A stretch of DNA of 42,569 nt from Verrucomicrobiota bacterium (GTDB lineage Bacteria > Verrucomicrobiota > Verrucomicrobiia > Limisphaerales > AAA164-E04), in the NCBI GenBank assembly GCA_023257935.1, contig JALRAZ010000029.1, positions 1-42,569 of the forward strand, in the 5' to 3' direction. Made by a program: the position numbers and the translations under genes. The notes under the pieces were generated by a model. The model did no database searches and was not told where the DNA came from. It saw only the letters and a program-made list of their open reading frames with translations. Shown here piece by piece: positions 34,737 through 42,569 of this stretch (position 1 is its first letter; the number at the start of each line of letters is the position of its first letter).

Positions 34737-34781
34737 TTGACAATTTGAGCACTTGTGACATGGTCTTATTTCACGTAAGAC
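34737..34781 (+). promoter_or_regulatory. Putative RND-operon promoter with a downstream inverted repeat
   Basis: TTGACA(34737-34742)-N16-CATGGT with an upstream TG, in an AT-rich intergenic region; GTCTTA-N7-TAAGAC at 34763-34781. Confidence 0.45.
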
Positions 34782-34802
34782 TTTGACGCTGAACAAATAA
34801 AA

Positions 34803-36074
34803 ATGCAATACCTACTCAAGGGTGTAGCCCCTATCTCATTCCTGGCGATTTGCTTGGGCGTGGCATACGTCATGATGGCCACCAAACCAGAACCTTTTCG
34901 CCGTCCTCCAGCAGGGGAAACCATGACCGTGCGCGCCAAGCGGATGAGTTCGCAGGATTTCCAAGTCGTCATTCCGTCCCAGGGAATCATTCAGGCCAGA
35001 ACCCAAAGCACCCTTATCCCAAGGGTCAACGGAGAAGTCATCTGGATCTCCGATAGCTTTCGATCAGGCGGTTTTTTCAAGCAGGATGAACCACTGGTTC
35101 GTATCGACCCCAGCGACTACGAAACAGCACTCAGTACGGCTGAGGCGCGGCTGCTGGCAGCAGAGGCATCTCTGGAGTTGGCTAGCCTGACTCATCAGCG
35201 CAATCAGGAAGTCATCAAGGAAAACCTGATCCCCCGAGCAGAACTGGATTTGAGCGCAGCCAATCTGAAGGTCGCTCAGTCTGATGTGCAATCCGCCCAA
35301 GCGGCGCTGGGGCGAGCCAGAAGAGATCTGGAGCGCACCACGATCAAGGCGCCATTCGATGGACGCGTGCTGACCAAGAGCGTTGACATCGGACAAGGTG
35401 TGGCTCCTGGCAACCAGCTTGCAGAGATCTTTGCCACTGACTACGCAGAAATTAGACTCCCCCTTCGGAATGACCAGCTCGATTACATCACCCTACCCGA
35501 AGCAGGTAACCTAAACACGGGAAGCAAAAGTATTATGCTTCCTGAGGTAAGGATTACCGGCAAATACGGCACTCAGGATGCCAACTGGATAGGACAGGTG
35601 GTACGCACTCAAAGCGCTTACGACGCGCGAAGTCGTGAATTGTTTGTCATCGCACAGATCGACGCGCCATTCGAACGTGAGAGCGATGAAGACCTACCAC
35701 TCAAACTCAATCAATACGTTGGAGCAGAAATCCAGGGACATCGCCTCGAAGAAGTTTACGTGATACCCAGGTCGGCACTGCGCAATCATGATGAAGTCAT
35801 TATCATCGGGGCTGATGGAACCATTTCTAGGAGGTCGGTCAAGGTGATCTGGAAACAGGGTGAAGACATTGTGATCAACGAGGGCATCGCGGATAACGAA
35901 TTGCTCTGCCTTACCCCAATGCTCTTTGCTGCTGATGGAACCACTGTGATTCCATGGGTTGAAGGCGAGGCGCCACCGACTGCTTTGGATGACCCGCAAG
36001 TGAAGCAGCAGGGCAAGCCTGATGGGGCCGCCGATAAGAAGGGGTCGCATCAAAACAAAGGAAAGGATTCCTAA
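34803..36074 (+). CDS. RND efflux periplasmic adaptor (membrane fusion protein)
   Basis: N-terminal anchor, PRVNGEV lipoyl half, LVRIDPSDY, coiled-coil hairpin, IKAPFDGRV, VIPRSAL; TAATG overlap with the permease gene. Confidence 0.95.
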   Translation: MQYLLKGVAPISFLAICLGVAYVMMATKPEPFRRPPAGETMTVRAKRMSSQDFQVVIPSQGIIQARTQSTLIPRVNGEVIWISDSFRSGGFFKQDEPLVRIDPSDYETALSTAEARLLAAEASLELASLTHQRNQEVIKENLIPRAELDLSAANLKVAQSDVQSAQAALGRARRDLERTTIKAPFDGRVLTKSVDIGQGVAPGNQLAEIFATDYAEIRLPLRNDQLDYITLPEAGNLNTGSKSIMLPEVRITGKYGTQDANWIGQVVRTQSAYDARSRELFVIAQIDAPFERESDEDLPLKLNQYVGAEIQGHRLEEVYVIPRSALRNHDEVIIIGADGTISRRSVKVIWKQGEDIVINEGIADNELLCLTPMLFAADGTTVIPWVEGEAPPTALDDPQVKQQGKPDGAADKKGSHQNKGKDS

Positions 36075-39000
36075 TGCATGGCATGATCGCCTGGTTTGCT
36101 CGAAATGGGGTGGCTGCCAACCTACTGATGTTTGGTATCCTGTTGGCTGGGATCAACACGCTTTTCAAGCGCATTCCAACCGAAGTGTTTCCAGAATTTG
36201 AACTGGACATGATCACCGTGTCGGTTCCTTACCGCGGTTCAACTCCCGCAGAAGTGGAGGAATCAGTCGTCGTGAAGATCGAGGAAGCCATCCAGGATCT
36301 TCAAGGTATTAAGCAAATCAACTCCACGGCATCGGAGGGTTCGGGCAGCGTTTCCATTGAAGTGGACAAAGGATATGACTCGAGGGAGTTGCTTGATGAT
36401 GTCAAGAACAGGGTCGATTCGATCAATACCTTTCCTGCCGAGACCGAGAAGCCCATCGTCAACCTTGCCAAACCAAGGGGAGAGGTCATTACCGTCGTGC
36501 TAGCTGCCGACATGAGTGAAAAGGATCTTTGCTTACTGGGAGAACAGATCAGGGATGAAATCGTCAATCTCCCAAACGTCACCCAGGTGGCTCTTCAGGC
36601 AGTTCGCCCCTACGAAATTGCGATTGAGGTCTCTGAACAGACACTCCAACAATATGGTTTGACTCTCGATGGGGTGGCGCAAGCCATCCGCACTTCATCG
36701 GTGGACCTTCCAGCTGGGGCAATCAAGACACAGGGAGGAGAAATCCTTCTCCGCACCAAGGGCCAGGCCTACCTCGGGGAGGATTTTGAAAAGATCGTCC
36801 TCCTGACTCGCAACGATGGCAGTCGATTGACGCTTGGCGACATCGCTGAAGTGATCGACGGCTTTGAAGAAACCCCCCTTTTTGCAAGGTGGAACGGCAA
36901 GCGCTGTGTCATGATCACTGTCGCAAGGGTAGGCAACCAAAATGCCATTGACCTGGCAAAAGAGGTCAAAGCCTATCTGGTAGAAAGGCAGGCAACATTG
37001 CCTCCAGGGGTCGATCTCAGTTATTGGAATGACCGTTCCAAAATCGTCATGGGACGCATCAACACCCTTACCACCAGCGCAATTCAAGGGGGTTTTCTGG
37101 TGTTTCTGGTCCTGGCGCTTTTCCTTCGCTTTTCGCTGGCCCTGTGGGTGTGCCTGGGTATCCCAGTAGCCTTTATGGGAGCTTTGGCGTTTATGCCTCA
37201 ACTTGGGGTAACCATTAATATCATCAGTCTGTTTGGCTTCATCCTGGTGTTAGGCATCGTGGTCGACGACGCCATTGTGACAGGCGAAAATATTTTCAGT
37301 CACCTGCAGCGAGGTAGCAGCCCAACCGAGGCTGCCATAGTAGGAGCTCAAGAAGTCTCAGTTCCCGTCATCTTTGGGGTCCTCACTACCGTGGCTGCTT
37401 TTGTCCCCATCATGATGATTGAGGGCTTTCGCGGCAAAATATTCGCTCAGATCCCTCTGGTGGTCATCCCCGTTTTGCTTTTTTCGCTGGTGGAATCCAA
37501 GCTCATCCTCCCGGCTCACCTCAAGCACATGCGCTTACCTGATGGGAGAAATCAAAATCATTCTGTGCTGGAGCGCTGTCAGCGATTTTTTGCTGACGGC
37601 CTACAGGCCTTTGCAAAACGGGTGTATCAGCCCCTCCTCGGTCTGGCCATGAAGTATCGTTACCTGACATTATCGGGTTTCACAGGCATTTGCCTCATCC
37701 TTTTCACGCTACTAGCGAGCAATCGGATGATGTTCGTGTTTTTCCCAAGGGTGCCCACCGAGCGAATCACCGTGCGCCTGACCATGCCTGAAGGGACTCC
37801 ATCGGAGACGACTCGCGAGCACATCAATCACATCCTCAATGAGGCAAACAAACTCAAGGAAAGACCCGACTATATCGAACCTTCCACCCAACAAAGCATC
37901 ATTGAAAATATCATGGATGTCGTGGGGGCTTCTGGTATGACCGGGGGGCGCGGACGAAGCGCCGGCTTGACCCATGTAGGGGAAGTGGCCATGGATATGA
38001 CCCCACCCGAGCAGCGTCAGTTACCATTAACCAGTCAGCAGGTTGTGGCCGAGTGGCGCAAGGCGATAGGAGTGATACCAGGGGCCCAAGAGCTTAGTTT
38101 TCGCGCCGAGATTGGTCGTGCCAGTGATCCGATCACTATCCAGCTGACCGGGCCCAGCTTTGATGACCTTCAACTAGCAGCGGCTCAGACCAAGGAAAAG
38201 CTGCAACAATACCCAGATCTGTTTGATATCCGTGACACTTTTGAGGATGGCAAACCGGAGCGTAAATTGCGGATCAAACCCGAAGCTGAAATGCTGGGTT
38301 TGACCATGAATGATCTCGCCCGCCAAACCCGCCAAGCTTTTTTTGGCAGTGAGGCGCAACGAATCCAGCGAGGCCGAGAAGATGTCCGAGTCATGGTTCG
38401 CTATCCCCAAGAAGAGCGGAGTTCGCTAGCCAACCTGGAGGCCATGCGCATACGCACTCCCGACGGCCAGGAGATTCCCTTCTCCTCAGTAGCCGAGGTG
38501 GAAGAAGGGCGAAGTTTCTCAAGCATTCGCCGCATCGATCGTAATCGCACCATTCAGGTTACCGCTGATGCAGACAAGGAAAAGGTGGATCTTCAAATCA
38601 TCCAGGCCGACATCATGCGCTTCATGCCTGAGATCATCAGCGCCTTCCCTGGCATGCAATTCACTCTCGAGGGAGAGGCTAGAGAACAACGTGAATCCTT
38701 CGGCAGTGTGTGGCTGGGATCGGTGTTCGTCCTGTTTTCTATCTACGCGATGTTGGCCATCCCCTTCCGTTCCTACCTTCAGCCGCTCATCGTCATGTCG
38801 GTCATTCCATTTGGCCTGGGAGGGGCCATCATGGGGCACATCATCATGGGCCAAAACCTGAGTATCATGAGTGTCTTTGGCATGCTGGCGCTCTCGGGAG
38901 TGGTGGTCAACGATAGCTTGGTTTTGGTGGACTACATCAACCGCAAACGCAAGGCAGGCATGGACCTTATCCAGGCAGTTCGCACTGCCGGGGTGGCTCG

Positions 39001-39265
39001 ATTCCGCGCCATCATGCTGACTTCCTTCACGACCTTTGCAGGTCTGATCCCGATCATGTGGGAAAAAAGCACGCAAGCGCAGTTCCTGATCCCTATGGCC
39101 ATATCACTTGGTTGGGGCATCTTGTTTGCCACCTTCATCACCTTGCTGTTGGTCCCCATCAACTATCTGCTCTTGGAAGATGGCATCAAGCAGGTGCGCC
39201 GCTTCGTGCGCTGGCAGTTCAACCTTGCCCCGAGGGCTGCGATCGAGGCCGGACCCACAGATTAA
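36074..39265 (+). CDS. RND efflux permease (AcrB/AcrD/AcrF family)
   Basis: 1063 aa, TM4 GIVVDDAIV, TM10 GVVVNDSLVLV, RFRAIMLT, two large periplasmic loops. Confidence 0.97.
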   Translation: MHGMIAWFARNGVAANLLMFGILLAGINTLFKRIPTEVFPEFELDMITVSVPYRGSTPAEVEESVVVKIEEAIQDLQGIKQINSTASEGSGSVSIEVDKGYDSRELLDDVKNRVDSINTFPAETEKPIVNLAKPRGEVITVVLAADMSEKDLCLLGEQIRDEIVNLPNVTQVALQAVRPYEIAIEVSEQTLQQYGLTLDGVAQAIRTSSVDLPAGAIKTQGGEILLRTKGQAYLGEDFEKIVLLTRNDGSRLTLGDIAEVIDGFEETPLFARWNGKRCVMITVARVGNQNAIDLAKEVKAYLVERQATLPPGVDLSYWNDRSKIVMGRINTLTTSAIQGGFLVFLVLALFLRFSLALWVCLGIPVAFMGALAFMPQLGVTINIISLFGFILVLGIVVDDAIVTGENIFSHLQRGSSPTEAAIVGAQEVSVPVIFGVLTTVAAFVPIMMIEGFRGKIFAQIPLVVIPVLLFSLVESKLILPAHLKHMRLPDGRNQNHSVLERCQRFFADGLQAFAKRVYQPLLGLAMKYRYLTLSGFTGICLILFTLLASNRMMFVFFPRVPTERITVRLTMPEGTPSETTREHINHILNEANKLKERPDYIEPSTQQSIIENIMDVVGASGMTGGRGRSAGLTHVGEVAMDMTPPEQRQLPLTSQQVVAEWRKAIGVIPGAQELSFRAEIGRASDPITIQLTGPSFDDLQLAAAQTKEKLQQYPDLFDIRDTFEDGKPERKLRIKPEAEMLGLTMNDLARQTRQAFFGSEAQRIQRGREDVRVMVRYPQEERSSLANLEAMRIRTPDGQEIPFSSVAEVEEGRSFSSIRRIDRNRTIQVTADADKEKVDLQIIQADIMRFMPEIISAFPGMQFTLEGEAREQRESFGSVWLGSVFVLFSIYAMLAIPFRSYLQPLIVMSVIPFGLGGAIMGHIIMGQNLSIMSVFGMLALSGVVVNDSLVLVDYINRKRKAGMDLIQAVRTAGVARFRAIMLTSFTTFAGLIPIMWEKSTQAQFLIPMAISLGWGILFATFITLLLVPINYLLLEDGIKQVRRFVRWQFNLAPRAAIEAGPTD

Positions 39266-39456
39266 CAGCTCGAAGGCCAGAACAAATAGGAGTGCCAGAA
39301 ATGACTCCATCAAAATCGAAGCCCCTCGAATGCCAGCTTTGAGTCTCGGCAACCAGCTCAGATGCACATCATAGCTGAAACAAAAACGCTGGTGAGGCAA
39401 AATGAGAGGAATCGTCTGCTTGAGTCATCGCTTGATTGGCTTAAGGCCAGGATTCT

Positions 39457-40446
39457 CTACTGACGGCTGGCAGCGATTTGACGGCTTGATGCCACACGCT
39501 TGACCACCTCATCGGCAACCACACCTACCAAAATCACCGCCCCAATCACGGCATATTCGATGTGGGTAGGGATCCAATCGACCAAGGTGATCATATTGCG
39601 AAGCACCTGCATGAGAGCAGCTCCAATCACCACACCAAGGATGGTTCCCTGCCCTCCTCGAAGGCTGCATCCACCCAATACAGCTGCTGCAATCGCATAG
39701 AGTTCGTAGAAATTGCCGAAGTCAACTGGCTGGGCCGAATTAACGTCCAGGATGAACAAGACACCCCCAAGGCCAGCCAATCCAGCACAGATCAGGTAGG
39801 CTAGCACAATCATTTTATCGGTATGAATCCCGCTGTAGCGCGCTGCCTGTTCGTTACGCCCGAGAGCCAAAAGGTAGCGGCCATAAATGGTGCGATTGAG
39901 AAAAATGGAAGCCAGGATGGCAACCAACACTAGGATAAAAAATGGGACCGGCAAACCGAAGGTTTCCAGTGGTATACCTGGTAGGGCCACACGTCCTTCT
40001 CCCAACCATCGCAGTTCCTTGAAAACCTGACCAAACCCTTGGGTCTGATCACCAGTGAAACCACGGGTGAGACCACGATACATAAGCAGGCCACACAGTG
40101 TGACCACAAAAGGCTGTAGCTTGAGCTTGGTGATAAGCAAACCATGGAGCAATCCAATCATGAGCGTGGCCAGCAACACGACCAGGATTGCGATAGGCAT
40201 AGAAAGGGAGAGCTTGGTCAATAGCCAGGGTAGGCCACACCCTATGAGGCAGATCACCGATCCGATCGATAGATCGATCCCGCTGGTGATGATCACGAAG
40301 CCAACCCCGATACTGATGATCCCAAAGAGGGATGTGCGCAGGATCAGTCGCTCCATGTTATAAGGTGTCAGGAAGCTGGAACTCATTAAAGCAGTCAGGA
40401 TAAAGACCACCATGAAAATGCCTGTAATACCGTAAATCTTCTTCAT
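39457..40446 (-). CDS. Monosaccharide ABC transporter permease (CUT2, RbsC-like)
   Basis: GIDLSIGS, PFVVTL, TIYGRYLLALGRNEQAARYSGI, YELYAIAAAVLGG. Start set at the ATG at 40446. Confidence 0.95.
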   Translation of the reverse strand: MKKIYGITGIFMVVFILTALMSSSFLTPYNMERLILRTSLFGIISIGVGFVIITSGIDLSIGSVICLIGCGLPWLLTKLSLSMPIAILVVLLATLMIGLLHGLLITKLKLQPFVVTLCGLLMYRGLTRGFTGDQTQGFGQVFKELRWLGEGRVALPGIPLETFGLPVPFFILVLVAILASIFLNRTIYGRYLLALGRNEQAARYSGIHTDKMIVLAYLICAGLAGLGGVLFILDVNSAQPVDFGNFYELYAIAAAVLGGCSLRGGQGTILGVVIGAALMQVLRNMITLVDWIPTHIEYAVIGAVILVGVVADEVVKRVASSRQIAASRQ

Positions 40447-40474
40447 CTCTTGCAATTCAAATCGTTACCGAGCT

Positions 40475-42022
40475 TCAGGGCCTATCTCCACCGGTGGCCA
40501 GCTGCATGACAGATTGTTCACTTAACTCAGCCCGAGGTAATCCACCAGCAAGCCGACCCTCATGCATGATCAAAGCCCGATCAGACATGCCAATAATCTC
40601 TTCCATTTCACTTGAGACAAATAAGATAGCCACACCCTGTTCAGCCAACTTTTCCATGAGTCGGTAGATATCCTGTTTGGCACCCACATCAATCCCTCGC
40701 GTTGGCTCATCAAGCAACAGGATGCGAGGTTTCATAGCCAGCCATTTCCCAAGGACAACCTTCTGCTGGTTACCACCAGAAAGATACTGGGCTTGCTGCA
40801 TGTCCGATGGCGTCTTGATCCGCATATCGGCAATCATTCGATCAGCGATATCCTGTTCGCTTCCAAAATCAAGAAAGCCCCTTCTTTGATCTCGCCTGAG
40901 ACTGGCCAGGCTCATGTTTTCCTTGATCGCCATTTCGAGGATCAATCCCTGTTGCTTGCGGTCTTCAGGGACCAATGCCAACCCGCACTCGATCGCCTGA
41001 GCGGCAGATTGCGGTGTGAAAGATCGACCGGCTACCCACATGCTACCACCCACTGCCGGAGCCACCCCAAAGAGGGTTTGAAGCATCTCAGTTCGACCTG
41101 CACCGACGAGCCCTGCCACGCCTACAATCTCGCCGGAACGCAATTCGAAATGAAGCGCATGTTCGGGGGCATGAGGTGTACGAAGACCCTCGACCTTCAT
41201 GATCACCTCTCCCGTCTGGCGCTCTTTGAGTGCGTAGTATTGTGAGACATCGCGTCCCACCATCAATCGGACCATTTGGTCATGATGAATGTCCTGCTTT
41301 TCAATGGAGCCGGCATTTTCCCCGTCCCGCAACACAGTCACTCGATGAGCCAGAGCCTTGACCTCACCCAGGCGATGGGAAATGTAAACAATGGCAACTC
41401 CCTTGGCTGAAAGATCCCGAATGACAGCAAAAAGTTGCTCGGTCTCATGTTGGCTGAGGCTTGATGTGGGTTCATCCATGATCAGCACTCGAGCATTAAC
41501 CGAGAGAGCCTTGGCAATTTCCACCAATTGCTGATGTCCAATGGTAAGATGCCCCACGATTGTCTCTGGAGGCACCCTCAAGCCAACCTTCTGCAACCAG
41601 TCAGAAGCCTGAGCATGCATGAGCGAGGTGTTCATCAGACCGAAACGACGTGGTTCTCGGCCAAGAAAGATATTCGCCGCCACATCAAGGTTGTCAGCCA
41701 GATTCAGCTCTTGGTGAATCAGCGCGATACCATTGCCAAGAGCATCCTCCACCCCAGAAAACCGCACAGGTTGCCCATCGATCCTCAATTCCCCCTCATC
41801 ATGGCTCTGCACGCCAGCGAGGATTTTCATCAAGGTGCTTTTGCCTGCACCATTTTCCCCAATCACCGCAAGGACCTCACCAGGGGATAGTTTCAGATCG
41901 ACTCCCTTGAGGGCCTTGACCCCTGGAAAGCTTTTGGTGATGCCGCGCCCCTCCAGCAGAAGGGGCGGACTCAGCCCTGCCTCATCCACAGAATTGAGGG
42001 GTTCTGTTGGAGCGGGATTCAC
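40475..42022 (-). CDS. Monosaccharide ABC transporter ATP-binding protein (CUT2, RbsA/MglA-like, two ABC domains)
   Basis: GENGAGKST, IHQELNL, MDEPTSSL, PEDRK, LSGGNQQKVV, LDEPTRGIDVGAK; GTGA overlap with the upstream gene. Confidence 0.97.
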   Translation of the reverse strand: MNPAPTEPLNSVDEAGLSPPLLLEGRGITKSFPGVKALKGVDLKLSPGEVLAVIGENGAGKSTLMKILAGVQSHDEGELRIDGQPVRFSGVEDALGNGIALIHQELNLADNLDVAANIFLGREPRRFGLMNTSLMHAQASDWLQKVGLRVPPETIVGHLTIGHQQLVEIAKALSVNARVLIMDEPTSSLSQHETEQLFAVIRDLSAKGVAIVYISHRLGEVKALAHRVTVLRDGENAGSIEKQDIHHDQMVRLMVGRDVSQYYALKERQTGEVIMKVEGLRTPHAPEHALHFELRSGEIVGVAGLVGAGRTEMLQTLFGVAPAVGGSMWVAGRSFTPQSAAQAIECGLALVPEDRKQQGLILEMAIKENMSLASLRRDQRRGFLDFGSEQDIADRMIADMRIKTPSDMQQAQYLSGGNQQKVVLGKWLAMKPRILLLDEPTRGIDVGAKQDIYRLMEKLAEQGVAILFVSSEMEEIIGMSDRALIMHEGRLAGGLPRAELSEQSVMQLATGGDRP

Positions 42023-42569
42023 CCTTCACCTGCCGAGGTTTCGCCAGTCTTTTCACGGAGATCATCCCAAAAGGCCTGAGCGTTGTCCTGACGGATGAAT
42101 CGAGCTGGGATGTCGATGAATTGGTCATCTGGAATCATCGAGAAGTCTCCCTGATGGATTGCATTGAGCACTTCAATGGACTTGTAGCCATACATGTAGG
42201 GATTCTGCACGATGGTACCGTGGACCGTACCATCCAGGATACCCTGCAGTGACTCATCAGCTTCATCAAAAGCTACAATTTTGACCTGATTTAATTTGCC
42301 AGCCTGAGAAAGGGCCTCCAGGATAGCAGGTGGGTTATAGGCAAAGAGCCCAACCATGCAGGCCACATCAGGGTGCCTGGAGAGGGTGTCCTCCGCATTG
42401 GCCTTGGCTCTGACAGGATCCCCTTGATCGGTCAGCGTACCGAGCACCTCATAACCATGACCAGAGAGACTGGCATCAGGAGGATCAAATCGCATGGGAT
42501 CATGATCGCGACCGAGCAGCTCATCGATGACTCCCTGCCTGCGTCGGCGCCCAGTGTCCTGCTCCACGC
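42019..42569 (-). CDS. Monosaccharide ABC substrate-binding protein (RbsB-like), 5' part outside the window
   Basis: C-terminal motifs GLFAYNPPAI, KIVAFDE, GTIVQNPYMYGY; the frame is open to the window end. Confidence 0.88.
   Translation of the reverse strand, partial: VEQDTGRRRRQGVIDELLGRDHDPMRFDPPDASLSGHGYEVLGTLTDQGDPVRAKANAEDTLSRHPDVACMVGLFAYNPPAILEALSQAGKLNQVKIVAFDEADESLQGILDGTVHGTIVQNPYMYGYKSIEVLNAIHQGDFSMIPDDQFIDIPARFIRQDNAQAFWDDLREKTGETSAGEG

Noticed and set aside
36695-39076. Long antisense ORFs (168 aa, 185 aa) opposite the RND permease
   Set aside because: Typical antisense shadows arising from codon bias; no recognisable domains.
39266-39456. 191-bp gap between the convergent RND and sugar ABC operons as an sRNA or small gene
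   Set aside because: No strong hairpin, promoter or credible ORF; an isolated GAGTGCCAG half-CIRCE-like word has no partner half.
1-42569. CRISPR arrays, tRNA/rRNA genes, IS elements, integrases, phage or defence genes
   Set aside because: No regularly spaced repeats, cloverleaf or rRNA-like stretches, or recognisable mobile/defence protein motifs; intergenic gaps are all under about 270 bp.

Overview
A densely packed bacterial chromosomal segment of roughly 50-55% GC (eyeballed) with 31 supportable CDSs. The first and last CDS run off the window edges. Gene content suggests a PVC-superphylum organism, probably Verrucomicrobiota (inference): PQQ-type beta-propellers, a sulfatase, a SASA esterase, a HEAT-repeat membrane protein, a Tat-exported Hyi-like protein and a duplicated ABC-2 permease. 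The window holds a hybrid PAS histidine kinase, an APC permease, a GspC/PilP-like orphan, ilvN-ilvC, a three-gene ABC exporter with a large accessory membrane protein, a tandem Deg/HtrA pair, and a CUT1 sugar ABC cluster divergent from a sulfatase. It also holds a methyltransferase-cyclophilin pair, htpG, an MFS transporter, phoD, an RND pump and a CUT2 sugar ABC operon. I saw no rRNA, tRNA, CRISPR array, transposase, integrase or phage gene. The best candidate for an uncharacterised system is the translationally coupled pair of an active Deg2-type protease and a full-length paralog that has lost all three catalytic residues. Other notable items are a cyclophilin with an ~80-aa insertion coupled to an apparently exported methyltransferase, a tandem active/dead SGNH esterase, a GldAFG-like exporter, and recurring promoter-like motifs that imply near-leaderless mRNAs.
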